A DNA stretch of 64,000 nt from Candidatus Hermodarchaeota archaeon (GTDB lineage Archaea > Asgardarchaeota > Lokiarchaeia > Sigyniarchaeales > SOKP01): assembly GCA_048885525.1 (NCBI GenBank), contig JBHLLP010000001.1, positions 32,001 through 96,000 on the forward strand, written 5' to 3'. Numbering within the stretch: the first letter of the stretch is position 1; the number at the start of each line of letters is the position of its first letter. The notes under the pieces are model-generated. The model did not search any database and was not told the DNA's origin. It was given only the letters and a program-made list of their open reading frames with translations. The translations under genes and the position numbers were made by a program. This document shows, one piece after another, positions 9,366 to 18,652 of this stretch.

Positions 9366-10559
9366 GTGGATGCAGGTAAAATGAAAACTGTACAAATTAA
9401 AGCTAAATGGGACCCAAAACCAAAATTTAAGTTAGGATCTAAAGATATTCAAGGAAAATTAACTTACTTGGGCTCACAAGTATGGCGTAATCCCGTTATT
9501 GAAGTAATAGAAAAACCCAAACCTCAAATTAAACCAAATGAAGTATTGATCAAATTAAAAAGATGTGGAATCTGCGGATCTGATGTCCATATGGCCCAGT
9601 CATATGATGATGGATATATTTATTATCCTGGTTTAACCGCATTTCCAGTAACCCTAGGACATGAATTTGCTGGTGAAATTGTTGAAGTTGGAAGCCAAGC
9701 AATAAATAAAAGAACCGGAAGACTATATGAAAGGGGAGAACCTGTAACTGTTGAAGAAATGGTTTGGTGTGGCGAATGTAAACCTTGCTGTGATGGCTAT
9801 CCTAATCATTGTGAAAGATTGCAAGAAATTGGTTTCTCTATAGATGGAGCTTATGCTGAATATATCGCAGTTCCAGCCAAATTATGTTGGAGTTTAAAAA
9901 AATTAGAAAATAAGTATAGTGACATTTTTAAGATAGGGAGTTTAGTAGAACCAACTTCAGTAGCATATAACGCAGTTATAGAAAGAGGTGGTGGAATTCG
10001 ACCCGGAGAGAATGTAGTGATTCTGGGAGCTGGTCCTATTGGTCTAGCAGCAATAAAAATTCTGAAAACCGCTGGAGCTGCAGTATGTATTGTTTCAGAA
10101 CCCGAAGAGAGCCGAGCTTCATTAGCGCAAAAAATGGGTGCTGATTATGTAATTAATCCAATTAGGGAAAATTTTGTTGAAAAAATAAAAGAATACACTG
10201 ATAATGAAGGTGCTGCGATATATCTCGAAGCAACAGGATTACCGCACATCGTAACTAACGATATACAAAATGCAATATGGGAATGTAAAGCTGTTAATAG
10301 CACGGTAGTTATTGTAGCCAGAGCAGAACAAAATATGTCAGTTTGTGGCGAATATTTCCAAGTAAGGAGAGCTCGTATTGTTGGAGCTCAAGGTCATTCT
10401 GGTCATGGTAATTTTCCTAATGTGATAAATTGTATGGCAGCTGGAATGGACATGACACCAATGGTTACGAAAGAAATATCTCTTGATGAAGTCCCCAAAT
10501 ATCTTAAAATTTTACAGACCGACAAGGAAAATTGTAAAATTTCAGTTAAAATAGCTTAA
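9366..10559 (+). CDS. iolM: scyllo-inosose 3-dehydrogenase (Zn-dependent MDR, Thermotoga IolM type)
   Basis: CGICGSD, GYIYYPGLTAFPVTLGHE, structural CGECKPC..C, GAGPIG, GAQGHSGHGNFP; iol context. Confidence 0.85.
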   Translation: MDAGKMKTVQIKAKWDPKPKFKLGSKDIQGKLTYLGSQVWRNPVIEVIEKPKPQIKPNEVLIKLKRCGICGSDVHMAQSYDDGYIYYPGLTAFPVTLGHEFAGEIVEVGSQAINKRTGRLYERGEPVTVEEMVWCGECKPCCDGYPNHCERLQEIGFSIDGAYAEYIAVPAKLCWSLKKLENKYSDIFKIGSLVEPTSVAYNAVIERGGGIRPGENVVILGAGPIGLAAIKILKTAGAAVCIVSEPEESRASLAQKMGADYVINPIRENFVEKIKEYTDNEGAAIYLEATGLPHIVTNDIQNAIWECKAVNSTVVIVARAEQNMSVCGEYFQVRRARIVGAQGHSGHGNFPNVINCMAAGMDMTPMVTKEISLDEVPKYLKILQTDKENCKISVKIA

Positions 10560-10687
10560 TATTTTAAAATTCTAGTTACATTATATTTTAGAAAGTCTAA
10601 ATAACAAGAAACAATCAAAACTTTTTTATATCATTTTCATCTATTTTTGTTATTCAAATATTATAATTTTTAAAGAGATCTGATATC

Positions 10688-11275
10688 ATGAATGAAAATC
10701 GTTATGAGGAAGAAGATATTGAATTAGAGGAGGAAACTGAAAGTAGTGAAAAAATTCTTGAAAAACAAAAAAAGGAAGAAGAAATTACTTCAAAAAGAGC
10801 TGAAACCTGTTACTTTAAAACTGAAAATCCAGAAACTCTAGAGATTATGGAAAGTGAACCCCTGTACAGAACTCCATCGACAAATATTATAGAAAGTGAG
10901 GAAGTGTATTATATACTTGTGGAATTACCAGGTTTAGATAAAAAGAACGTAAAAATATCCTTACAAGGAGGAATTTTAGAATTAATTGGTGAAAAAACAA
11001 TAAGAGAAAAAGAAAAAAAGGAAAAAGAAAAAGACAAGAAAGAAAAAAAAGATGAGAAGAAAGATAAAGACAAAAAAAAAGAAAAATATAAGGAAATAAA
11101 GGGAAACTATTTAAGGAGAGAAATTCGAACCACTAATTTCTTTCGATGTTTTCATCTACCCGAGGGCATAATTCCCGAAGAAATTGATGCCAGCTTTAAA
11201 AATGGTATCTTGAGGCTAATAATCCCTAAAAAATTAGCAGGGATTAGTGAAAAAAAAGTAATAGAAATTAAATAA
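10688..11275 (+). CDS. Hsp20/alpha-crystallin small heat-shock protein with K/E/D-rich insertion
   Basis: VELPGLDK, LRRE, ASFKNGILRL; KEKKEKEKDKKEKKDEKK insert. Confidence 0.88.
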   Translation: MNENRYEEEDIELEEETESSEKILEKQKKEEEITSKRAETCYFKTENPETLEIMESEPLYRTPSTNIIESEEVYYILVELPGLDKKNVKISLQGGILELIGEKTIREKEKKEKEKDKKEKKDEKKDKDKKKEKYKEIKGNYLRREIRTTNFFRCFHLPEGIIPEEIDASFKNGILRLIIPKKLAGISEKKVIEIK

Positions 11276-11339
11276 ATTCAAATAATTATTATTCTCCAAT
11301 TTTTTTACTTTTCTCATTAATTTTTTAAAAATAATTATT

Positions 11340-12158
11340 TTATCTCTTTAAAATTAAACTCAGATATTCAGAGGATTCCCTAGCAACTTCCTCAAATGAT
11401 GGTTTCATAATTGTTTCAATAGATACAAAATCATTATAACCTACATTATTAAAAATATTTAAAAATGTTTTAAAATCAAAATGTCCTGTACCTGGGGCTC
11501 TTCTTGTACAATCAGCTAAATGGATATGTGAGACATAGTCAGTAACTTCTTCTAAATAATCCCAAATAAAACCAGGATCTTCTTCCAAATAAATATGATA
11601 TGAATCCAATAATAATTTTAAGTTTTCAGAACCAATCTCATTTAATAATTCTATTGATTCTGAAATTGTATTATAAGAATCAATTTCGAATCGATTTATG
11701 GGTTCAAATAATAGTATAACATCATTATTTTCTGCTATTCGACAACACTCCTTTAGAGAGGATTTTATATTACTCTTTTCTTTTTTAGAATTGCTCTCAA
11801 AATTGAAACGTCCTCGAATTAATCCAATTATAACTTTTGATTCAATTTCATGAGCAAAATTTATATATTCTTGAATCCTTTGAATTGCTTTCATTCTAAT
11901 GTCATTGTTATGATGCCCTAAAGAATATCCGAAACGAATATATGTATTACCAGTTCCAATAGCAGAGATCTCTAGTTCATATGAATCCTTAATTTCATTT
12001 ATCTTAACTTTATCAATTTTCTCTGGTTCAAGAAGAGATAATTCAATTCCATCATAATTTAAAGAGTTCAAAAAATCACATAATTCAGAAAATTTTTTTA
12101 AAACCTCATCTTGGGTATTTTTAGATTCATTTAATCCAGAGACAATACTTAGTTTCAT
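11340..12158 (-). CDS. iolO: 5-keto-L-gluconate epimerase-like (sugar phosphate isomerase/epimerase, IolO type)
   Basis: MKLSIV, AIGTG, IIGLIRG, EPINRFE, LLDSYH, HIHLAD..R.APGTGHFDF; iolGMN context. Confidence 0.75.
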   Translation of the reverse strand: MKLSIVSGLNESKNTQDEVLKKFSELCDFLNSLNYDGIELSLLEPEKIDKVKINEIKDSYELEISAIGTGNTYIRFGYSLGHHNNDIRMKAIQRIQEYINFAHEIESKVIIGLIRGRFNFESNSKKEKSNIKSSLKECCRIAENNDVILLFEPINRFEIDSYNTISESIELLNEIGSENLKLLLDSYHIYLEEDPGFIWDYLEEVTDYVSHIHLADCTRRAPGTGHFDFKTFLNIFNNVGYNDFVSIETIMKPSFEEVARESSEYLSLILKR

Positions 12159-12288
12159 GATCCTATATCAAATGAAATTTGAATAAAATAGTACTTCACT
12201 AATATAATAATATTAAGTTAAATTATTTTAAAATAGCAAAAAAAGAAAAAAGTATATCCTTAAATAAAGTTAATTAACTCATAAGATC

Positions 12289-13113
12289 TTGAAAATGAAA
12301 GAAAATCTTGCGACCAAATCTGTTATGTCTTCTTACTTTTTTGAGGATCCTAAATATAACACCGTTATTAGAGAAATAAATAAAATTAAAGTAAGTTATT
12401 ATTATTTTGATTTAAAAATTATATTAAAAACGGGAAAAAGCCAAGTTTTAAATGGAAGTTTATTATTGGGAGATGCTAATTTAATCATTGAAAATAAAGA
12501 AATACAATTAAATCAATTTGACATTTTCTTTATTCCTCCTGAAAAAGAAATTATTATTAGAGGAAAGAGTAAATCAAAATATAAAATTGCCTTAGTTTTT
12601 AGCCCCACTGAGGCTAGACGGGATCTCTCTTTTGAAGTAAAGAAGTATAATATAGAGAATTTCATACCACGAGGGGAATCTAGCTCTAATGAAAAATTGT
12701 CAACTTATAGAACAGTATGGACAGCTTTTAACAATGGTTTTTTTATGTCAGGGATAACCAACATACCTAATGAATCTCTGAAAACAGGTGTGGTGACAAG
12801 CGTCAATTTGGAAAAAAATAGGGAAAAAGGAAAAGTAGAAATTTACCCTCATATTCATCCGGAGTTTCCTGAATTATATATATATCTTATTGATGACAAT
12901 GATTATGCTGTTACCCAATATTTAATAAATTCTAAAGGTCAATCTGTTTGCAAAGATCTATCAAATGGAGATGGATTATTTTTTCCAGGAGATTTAGGGC
13001 ATGTTAATTTTGCGAAACCTTTTTATAGAAATTTAAAATTCTGTTCCTATATCTGGTTTATTCCTACTTTTGGTAAAAAAGGGGGAATAACTCCAATTAC
13101 TTTAAAAATTTAA
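12289..13113 (+). CDS. Cupin-fold protein, possibly IolB/KduI-like isomerase
   Basis: PHIHPEFPELY and downstream GH; co-oriented with iolN. Confidence 0.55.
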   Translation: MKMKENLATKSVMSSYFFEDPKYNTVIREINKIKVSYYYFDLKIILKTGKSQVLNGSLLLGDANLIIENKEIQLNQFDIFFIPPEKEIIIRGKSKSKYKIALVFSPTEARRDLSFEVKKYNIENFIPRGESSSNEKLSTYRTVWTAFNNGFFMSGITNIPNESLKTGVVTSVNLEKNREKGKVEIYPHIHPEFPELYIYLIDDNDYAVTQYLINSKGQSVCKDLSNGDGLFFPGDLGHVNFAKPFYRNLKFCSYIWFIPTFGKKGGITPITLKI

Positions 13114-13158
13114 ACTGATGGATCATTCTATTACTTGAACTATTTTTCGTGATTAATT

Positions 13159-14127
13159 ATGAGTAAATGGAATTTGCCGCCTAAAGGCGGGCATATGGAT
13201 AAACCGAGTGGTATTTACCTTCAAAACATGTCTATAGCAGAAATCAAAGAAAGAGTAAAAAAAAATGATCTTATTATTATCCCTTGTGGTTCTACTGAAA
13301 ATCATGGTCCCGCTGCATGTATTGGAGAAGATACTTTCTTAGTCACCCGAATGGCAGAATTAATCGCCCAAAAAACTGGATGTACTGTGACTCAACCAAC
13401 ATGGTATGGTTCACATCCATATCATCATGTAGGAATGCCTGGAACTATCATTGTTCCTGAAGAAACTTTTAAATCTCTATTAAGATCAGTAATGGCTGGA
13501 TGTTGGAATATGGGATTTAGAAAAATGATATTATTAAATGGACATGGTCAAGAATATGTTATTCCAAGTGCAATACACGAGTTTGCAAAAAATTACCAAT
13601 TACCTATGGTTGTATGTAATGTTAATTGGTATCACGCAATTCCTCAGCATTGTATGGATCAGGAACATGGTGGTCCATTTGAAACGCCCTTTATTCATGC
13701 AGATGAAGCTGAAACATCTTTTTCGATGACATTATTTCCTGAGATGGTTAAAAAGATAGATTCCTGCGAGGATAACACTCCTGTAGGTTGGATGCCCGAG
13801 GGTCATGTAGACAAAGCAGGAAATATCTATCAACGACCTATTAAATGGTATGGTCAAGTTGGATTTGGTCCTATTGAAGTGTCTGCTTATCCAGAAGGTC
13901 ATGTTGGTTGTCCTAGCAAAGCTACTTTTGAAAAAGGAAAACCCGGTATTGAAGCATTTCTCGATTACCTAGAAAAACTTGTTAATGATATACTGAAAAC
14001 ATTTCCACCCGGAATACTTCCCCCAATTGAAGGAATTACTCAAAGAGATCCACAACAAATTGAGCCTTATATTAAAGGGCCTTTAAATGGAGGGAAGAGT
14101 ATTTATGAATTGAGATATCCACCTTAA
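13159..14127 (+). CDS. iolN: 3-dehydro-scyllo-inosose hydrolase (creatininase family, IolN type)
   Basis: GGHMDK..GIYLQNM, GSTENHG, NGHGQE, GGPFETPFIHADEAETS. Confidence 0.85.
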   Translation: MSKWNLPPKGGHMDKPSGIYLQNMSIAEIKERVKKNDLIIIPCGSTENHGPAACIGEDTFLVTRMAELIAQKTGCTVTQPTWYGSHPYHHVGMPGTIIVPEETFKSLLRSVMAGCWNMGFRKMILLNGHGQEYVIPSAIHEFAKNYQLPMVVCNVNWYHAIPQHCMDQEHGGPFETPFIHADEAETSFSMTLFPEMVKKIDSCEDNTPVGWMPEGHVDKAGNIYQRPIKWYGQVGFGPIEVSAYPEGHVGCPSKATFEKGKPGIEAFLDYLEKLVNDILKTFPPGILPPIEGITQRDPQQIEPYIKGPLNGGKSIYELRYPP

Positions 14128-14236
14128 AATCTCAATTAAATTTTTTTTTATAGAAGATCATAAAAAGATAACACAATTGACTTATAGGAAAAACTAATAA
14201 AAATAAAAATAGAAAAAAAAAACGGATTATTATAAA

Positions 14237-14731
14237 TTAAATTTGTGTGCCACAATATGAACAAAATTGTGCAGTATCCTTAGTTATTGGAGTTCCACAA
14301 TTAGGACAATATTTCGCGCGCTCTTCTACAACTTCTTCTGTTTTTGGAATTGATAAATGTTTTATTTGTCCTGTAGTTGTATTGAATTTTCCTCTTAATT
14401 GACCCGAAGCTTTTAAATCTAATACAATTGCATTAATATCTTTTCGGGAGATTCCTGTACTTATACTAATATCATCTACAGTTGCTTCAGGATTTACTTG
14501 AAATTCAGCAAGGACTACATTTCTTAACTTACTTCTATTAGTTATCGCATATATTTGACTAACTAAAATTGATATCCCGATTCCTGTGCTTATGAAACCC
14601 CACCATTCAAAACCATCTCCCCAATTAATAAATTCATTAATGCCCCAGTAAAGAAAAGCACCAGCGATGATCAGAGCACAAATAGAGAACCCTTCAGAAT
14701 ATTGATTTCTTTTATATTTCATTTGATTCAC
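14237..14731 (-). CDS. Membrane protein with wHTH-like region and C-terminal zinc ribbon
   Basis: Two TM segments; CPNCG...CSYCG. Confidence 0.8.
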   Translation of the reverse strand: MNQMKYKRNQYSEGFSICALIIAGAFLYWGINEFINWGDGFEWWGFISTGIGISILVSQIYAITNRSKLRNVVLAEFQVNPEATVDDISISTGISRKDINAIVLDLKASGQLRGKFNTTTGQIKHLSIPKTEEVVEERAKYCPNCGTPITKDTAQFCSYCGTQI

Positions 14732-14869
14732 TTAAGCTTTTTATAATTTAAATCGAATTATCTAGGTATTTGTTAGGAAGTTTTATAAATATTTAGATTA
14801 TATTTATATAAATATAATTTTTTAAATCGTAACAAAGTTATGATAAAGAAGACATGTAAATATTATTAT

Positions 14870-15223
14870 TTAATTTGTAATTATACACTTATTTATAATT
14901 TCGAATATAGACCTATAATCTACTTGGTCATCCAATAATGTAATTATTATATTACCTAAAATTTTTACCGAAAGTATATAATAGTTTGAACAATGTATTA
15001 AATTGAAATCAGGGGTATGCACTCCAACTTCTGTTGTTATTTCTTCAGCTAGCTCATATAATTGCGACATATTTAACCCTATTGATGACTTATTGAATTC
15101 CTGATTAATATACGATTTAATAACAGCTCCATTTTCAGAAGTAATAAGAACAAAATAAACCCCTATCCCTAATTCCTTAACTAAATTATCAAGAACTAAG
15201 TCGAGATTTAAAATAGCTGTCAT
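14870..15223 (-). CDS. Roadblock/LC7- or longin-like protein
   Basis: 117 aa; VLITSENGAVIKSY then helix and beta-strand pattern typical of roadblock folds. Confidence 0.6.
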   Translation of the reverse strand: MTAILNLDLVLDNLVKELGIGVYFVLITSENGAVIKSYINQEFNKSSIGLNMSQLYELAEEITTEVGVHTPDFNLIHCSNYYILSVKILGNIIITLLDDQVDYRSIFEIINKCIITN

Positions 15224-15472
15224 TATGATATAATTTATTGGTTTTTTAATATATAATTTTGGGTAAAAATTATTGTCTTAACTCTAAAAGTCGAATTATA
15301 TAAAAGGAATATAAAATCATAATTCGAAAGATAATATATCAATATAAAAAAGTTTCATTTAGCTTAATTTTCGATAAGAAATATTAAAAGTTCAATTATC
15401 ATTCTTTTTATTTGAATTTACTAATCCAAATTTCAAATTGATAATAAATAACAATGTTACAGATAGATTAAT

Positions 15473-16126
15473 TTGAAAAATGCTGAACTTATTTCACGAG
15501 GTATTCTCTATATAGCCATTCCAATTGCTTTCTTAAATTGGATTGATACTTATGTCTTATCATTTCTGGATAGTTCGTTTCAAATTATTAATATTCAATT
15601 AATTTTAGATTACGTTTTTATATTTATAATTAGTACAATTGGCTCACTTATTACTAAAGATAAGGAAGATGGAATGTTAGCAGGATTTTATGGTAGTTCT
15701 TTAGCATTAATAATATGGTTAGGTATACAATTATTTTCAGCCCCTCTTGTTTATTTTGTTAATTCAATAATGGTATTTTTTACCGTGTCAAACCTTGCTT
15801 TATTTGTTGTAAATATTGTATCTCAAGTTACTATGCAGTTTTTATTGATATATATTCTTTACAAGCAAAAATTACGTACACTCCAAATTACTTTACTAAT
15901 TATGTTTATAGTTGGTTATATTTTTCCCATCGCATTACTAATATCTGTAGAGTGGGGATATATGGCCTCTTGGAGTAGCGTAATCCACCTTGTTTTATAT
16001 TTTCTAGTAGAATACGTAGCATTAATTATAATATCTACGATCAGTGGATTGTTTGGAGGATGGATTGGAATGAATTTCCTAATAAAATATGAAGATAAAA
16101 ATTCAAATTATCAACAAATACTATAA
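15473..16126 (+). CDS. Hypothetical multi-pass membrane protein
   Basis: About 6 hydrophobic segments. Confidence 0.7.
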   Translation: MKNAELISRGILYIAIPIAFLNWIDTYVLSFLDSSFQIINIQLILDYVFIFIISTIGSLITKDKEDGMLAGFYGSSLALIIWLGIQLFSAPLVYFVNSIMVFFTVSNLALFVVNIVSQVTMQFLLIYILYKQKLRTLQITLLIMFIVGYIFPIALLISVEWGYMASWSSVIHLVLYFLVEYVALIIISTISGLFGGWIGMNFLIKYEDKNSNYQQIL

Positions 16127-16130
16127 TTTA

Positions 16131-16230
16131 TGGGCCTGGCAGGATTCGAACCTGCGACATCCCAGTCCGAAGCCTTATGCTTCAACGTGTGGGTTGAATG
16201 GGCACCCTATCCAGACTAGATTACAGGCCC
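16131..16230 (-). tRNA. tRNA-Arg(TCG) with a non-canonical intron at 29/30
   Basis: Minus strand: GGGCCTG/CAGGCCC acceptor, D-loop with GGA20, loop CTTCGGA, T-arm GCAGG-TTCGAAT-CCTGC; removing 16175-16199 gives stem CCCGG/CTGGG and a 75-nt tRNA. Confidence 0.92.
16175..16199 (-). other. tRNA-Arg anticodon-stem intron (25 nt)
   Basis: BHB-like: helix GTGC/GCAT, bulges CC|A and AA|G, intron helix TTCAAC/GTTGAA. Confidence 0.82.
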
Positions 16231-16356
16231 CTTTTAAACATATAATAAAGAAGCAAGTTATGTTATTTTCATTTATTATTTCTAAAAAATATTATTGAAT
16301 TAGATTAATAATTAATTACTTAGATCTTATGAAATATAGGAAAAGCATAATAATTT

Positions 16357-16794
16357 TTAGATAACTTCCTTTTGAAAACCATTATTTAGATATTTTATGA
16401 ATAATCGAAATAATTTTGTAAATCTTAATCCTTGAGAAAGATCTCCATCAACTTTTATTATTCCTTTCATAAAAGCATCTAATCCATCCATCTCACGCTT
16501 TAAAATTTTAACTAATATATCTTTAGTGTATTTAATTCTAACTAATGCACTTCTATTAATACCTTTTTTGTAAATAATTGAATCATTTGATAATTTTAGC
16601 CAAAAATTAAAATTTATGTCAGTAATCATTATTTGGTATACGTCATTATAATCTAATACTTCTTCTCGTAATTCTTCTGTAGTTTTGAATTTGTTAATGG
16701 CAAAATTAATGATTTTATCAAGAATAGCAATAAATTCCTTATTGTGGATTTCCAAATAATGGATCACAGAATTGTAGCTTTTTGAATTAAGCAT
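16357..16794 (-). CDS. SCP2 sterol/lipid-binding domain protein
   Basis: DGLDAFMKGIIKVDGDL. Confidence 0.85.
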   Translation of the reverse strand: MLNSKSYNSVIHYLEIHNKEFIAILDKIINFAINKFKTTEELREEVLDYNDVYQIMITDINFNFWLKLSNDSIIYKKGINRSALVRIKYTKDILVKILKREMDGLDAFMKGIIKVDGDLSQGLRFTKLFRLFIKYLNNGFQKEVI

Positions 16795-17016
16795 ACTACT
16801 TTATCGTTGATATTAATTCAAATATAATATATTATTATACCCAAATATTCCTTATAATCTACTTCGTCTTTAATGCATATAAATCTTTCCATTTAGTATA
16901 TTAACCAGCTTTTCAGAATAAAATTTTTATATTTTCCTTTATTCCTTTAGTTAAATAACTAAATTTTTTTGCGGCTATAGTGTAGCCCGGTCTAGCATTC
17001 GGGACTGTCACTCCTG

Positions 17017-17048
17017 TCTGAGATAAAATAACTTTTATCTGGGGAGAT
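17017..17048 (+). other. tRNA-Asp intron at 43/44 (32 nt)
   Basis: Helix CTCC/GGAG with bulges TG|T and AT|C, inner helix AGATAAAA/TTTTATCT; restores variable loop CGAC. Confidence 0.78.
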
Positions 17049-17063
17049 CGACGCGGGTTCAAA

Positions 17064-17093
17064 AAAAGAGTTCCTTTCGAGCTTTTTAGAAAA
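17064..17093 (+). other. tRNA-Asp T-loop intron (30 nt, 59/60)
   Basis: Removal restores TTCAAAT; 22/30 identical to the tRNA-Phe T-loop intron. Confidence 0.8.
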
Positions 17094-17267
17094 TCCCGCT
17101 AGCCGCGCCATTCTAAATTAATCTTACTCTTAAAAGTTAAAATAATAAGTAGAAATTCTAAATTTAATATGATTTAATATATCTAAAACTGATTAATTAA
17201 AAAAATTAATAAAAAAAAAGAAATGTATAAATGGAATGTGCTAAATAGAGAGGTTAAATTAAGTTCC

Positions 17268-17714
17268 TTATAAATCTTCTATTAAATCTTCATAAGCTTC
17301 TAAGGCTAATTCAATGATCTCTTGAAAAGCCATAGCATCTTGAAGATTTCCCTCAACTGTTATATCGCCAGCCATATACGCAGAAGTTGCATCTACTTCG
17401 CCCATAAGTATACCCGCACCAACTTCAAGAGTTGAAGACATCGTGAATGAAGGATTATCTACATCTCCTTCTCCATATTGTAAATCTCCTTCTTTAACTG
17501 TTAGCCAGTATTTCTTATCTGCATCGGTGATCACCTGCATTATAGCTATGTCCATATCTTCAAGTTCTTCTTTAAGATCCTCATTTTCTGTAGAGATTTG
17601 CTTAATAAATTCGTACATAAGCATCATATCTTCAGCTGAAGCGCTAGCAGCACCAGCATCTTGGGCTGCTTTTATTTTTTTTAATAATGATTCGTCAACC
17701 ATTTTAATTTTCAA
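17268..17714 (-). CDS. SCP2 sterol/lipid-binding domain protein (acidic)
   Basis: GEVDATSAYMAGDITVEGNLQDAM. Confidence 0.88.
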   Translation of the reverse strand: MKIKMVDESLLKKIKAAQDAGAASASAEDMMLMYEFIKQISTENEDLKEELEDMDIAIMQVITDADKKYWLTVKEGDLQYGEGDVDNPSFTMSSTLEVGAGILMGEVDATSAYMAGDITVEGNLQDAMAFQEIIELALEAYEDLIEDL

Positions 17715-18026
17715 CCTTCTTTTGTAATTTTACACCTTATTTTTAAGAATTGTTTAAAAATATATTACATAAAATAACAATATAAAAAGGTTATAATGAT
17801 ATAAAAAGGTTTTATTTCTTTTTTTGAGATATCGAATAATAAGCGGTTAAATACTTCAGTGCTTTGAAATTAAAACATAAAAATGTATTATTCTCATAAT
17901 ATTTTCCCTTAAAACCACTTTTTAGAAAACTTAAATAGGTAACGCAAAAAATTAAAACGTTAAGTTTTTATTATTTGGTTAGGATAAATAGCGACAAATT
18001 TTTTTATTAGGTGATTTAACATTAAT

Positions 18027-18644
18027 ATGCGTTTAGAACAATTATATGATGCTACTGATAATCTAATAAACCAACAGTTTTATACGGGAGGTCATGATAT
18101 AATCACTGGGAGAACACCTGAAATTTCATTAAAGATAAGCAATTCGGGACAAATTATAAGGAAATTTAAAGATTTGTTTAATCAAAATTTACAATTATTT
18201 ATTGAAGGAAAATATTTAGAATTTCTAAGACTTTTTAAAAAAATAAAAGGGGTGGATGAAAACTATATCAGAGAAATTTATCAAGATCTTGAGCTTAAAT
18301 TTGAAACATTAAAGGAAGCTGATAACATTAATACTGTTATAACATATTCCCTGGTTTTAAATTCTCTTATTTCGAGTATTAGAGATATCAATTTTGGAGA
18401 ATCTATTAGAGAGATAAAAAAACGGGTAAAAAAGAAATCAAAAATTCCTGACCATAATATCCAAGAGGCGATTGATAAATTATTCATGAGGAATGATGAT
18501 AACATTTCTATTTTATACAATATCTCTTATCTTGACACATTAGCAGAATCCTTTAATTATAAGAAAGTTGCTCATATTTGTAAAATTCAAAAGAGTAAAT
18601 TTATTAATCGAATTGTTAAGCTAATTATTTCCTCAGATATTTAA
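18027..18644 (+). CDS. Hypothetical protein
   Basis: 205-aa ORF with upstream GGTGA RBS. Confidence 0.75.
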   Translation: MRLEQLYDATDNLINQQFYTGGHDIITGRTPEISLKISNSGQIIRKFKDLFNQNLQLFIEGKYLEFLRLFKKIKGVDENYIREIYQDLELKFETLKEADNINTVITYSLVLNSLISSIRDINFGESIREIKKRVKKKSKIPDHNIQEAIDKLFMRNDDNISILYNISYLDTLAESFNYKKVAHICKIQKSKFINRIVKLIISSDI

Positions 18645-18652
18645 GTTTATCA

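Larger units (their letters stand above)
16971..17110 (+). tRNA. tRNA-Asp(GTC) with two non-canonical introns (43/44 and 59/60); CCA encoded
   Basis: GCGGCTA/TAGCCGC, anticodon arm CGGGA-CTGTCAC-TCCTG, T-stem GCGGG/CCCGC, discriminator G then CCA; removing 17017-17048 and 17064-17093 gives 75 nt + CCA. Confidence 0.93.

Noticed and set aside
16161-16174. Reading the minus-strand tRNA as Pro(CGG)
   Set aside because: Only the CT-TCG-GA register gives a paired stem after splicing, with G37 and the Arg identity element A20.
16089-16298. 69-aa ORF
   Set aside because: It is the antisense reading of tRNA-Arg (WAWQDSNLR is the typical anti-T-arm translation).
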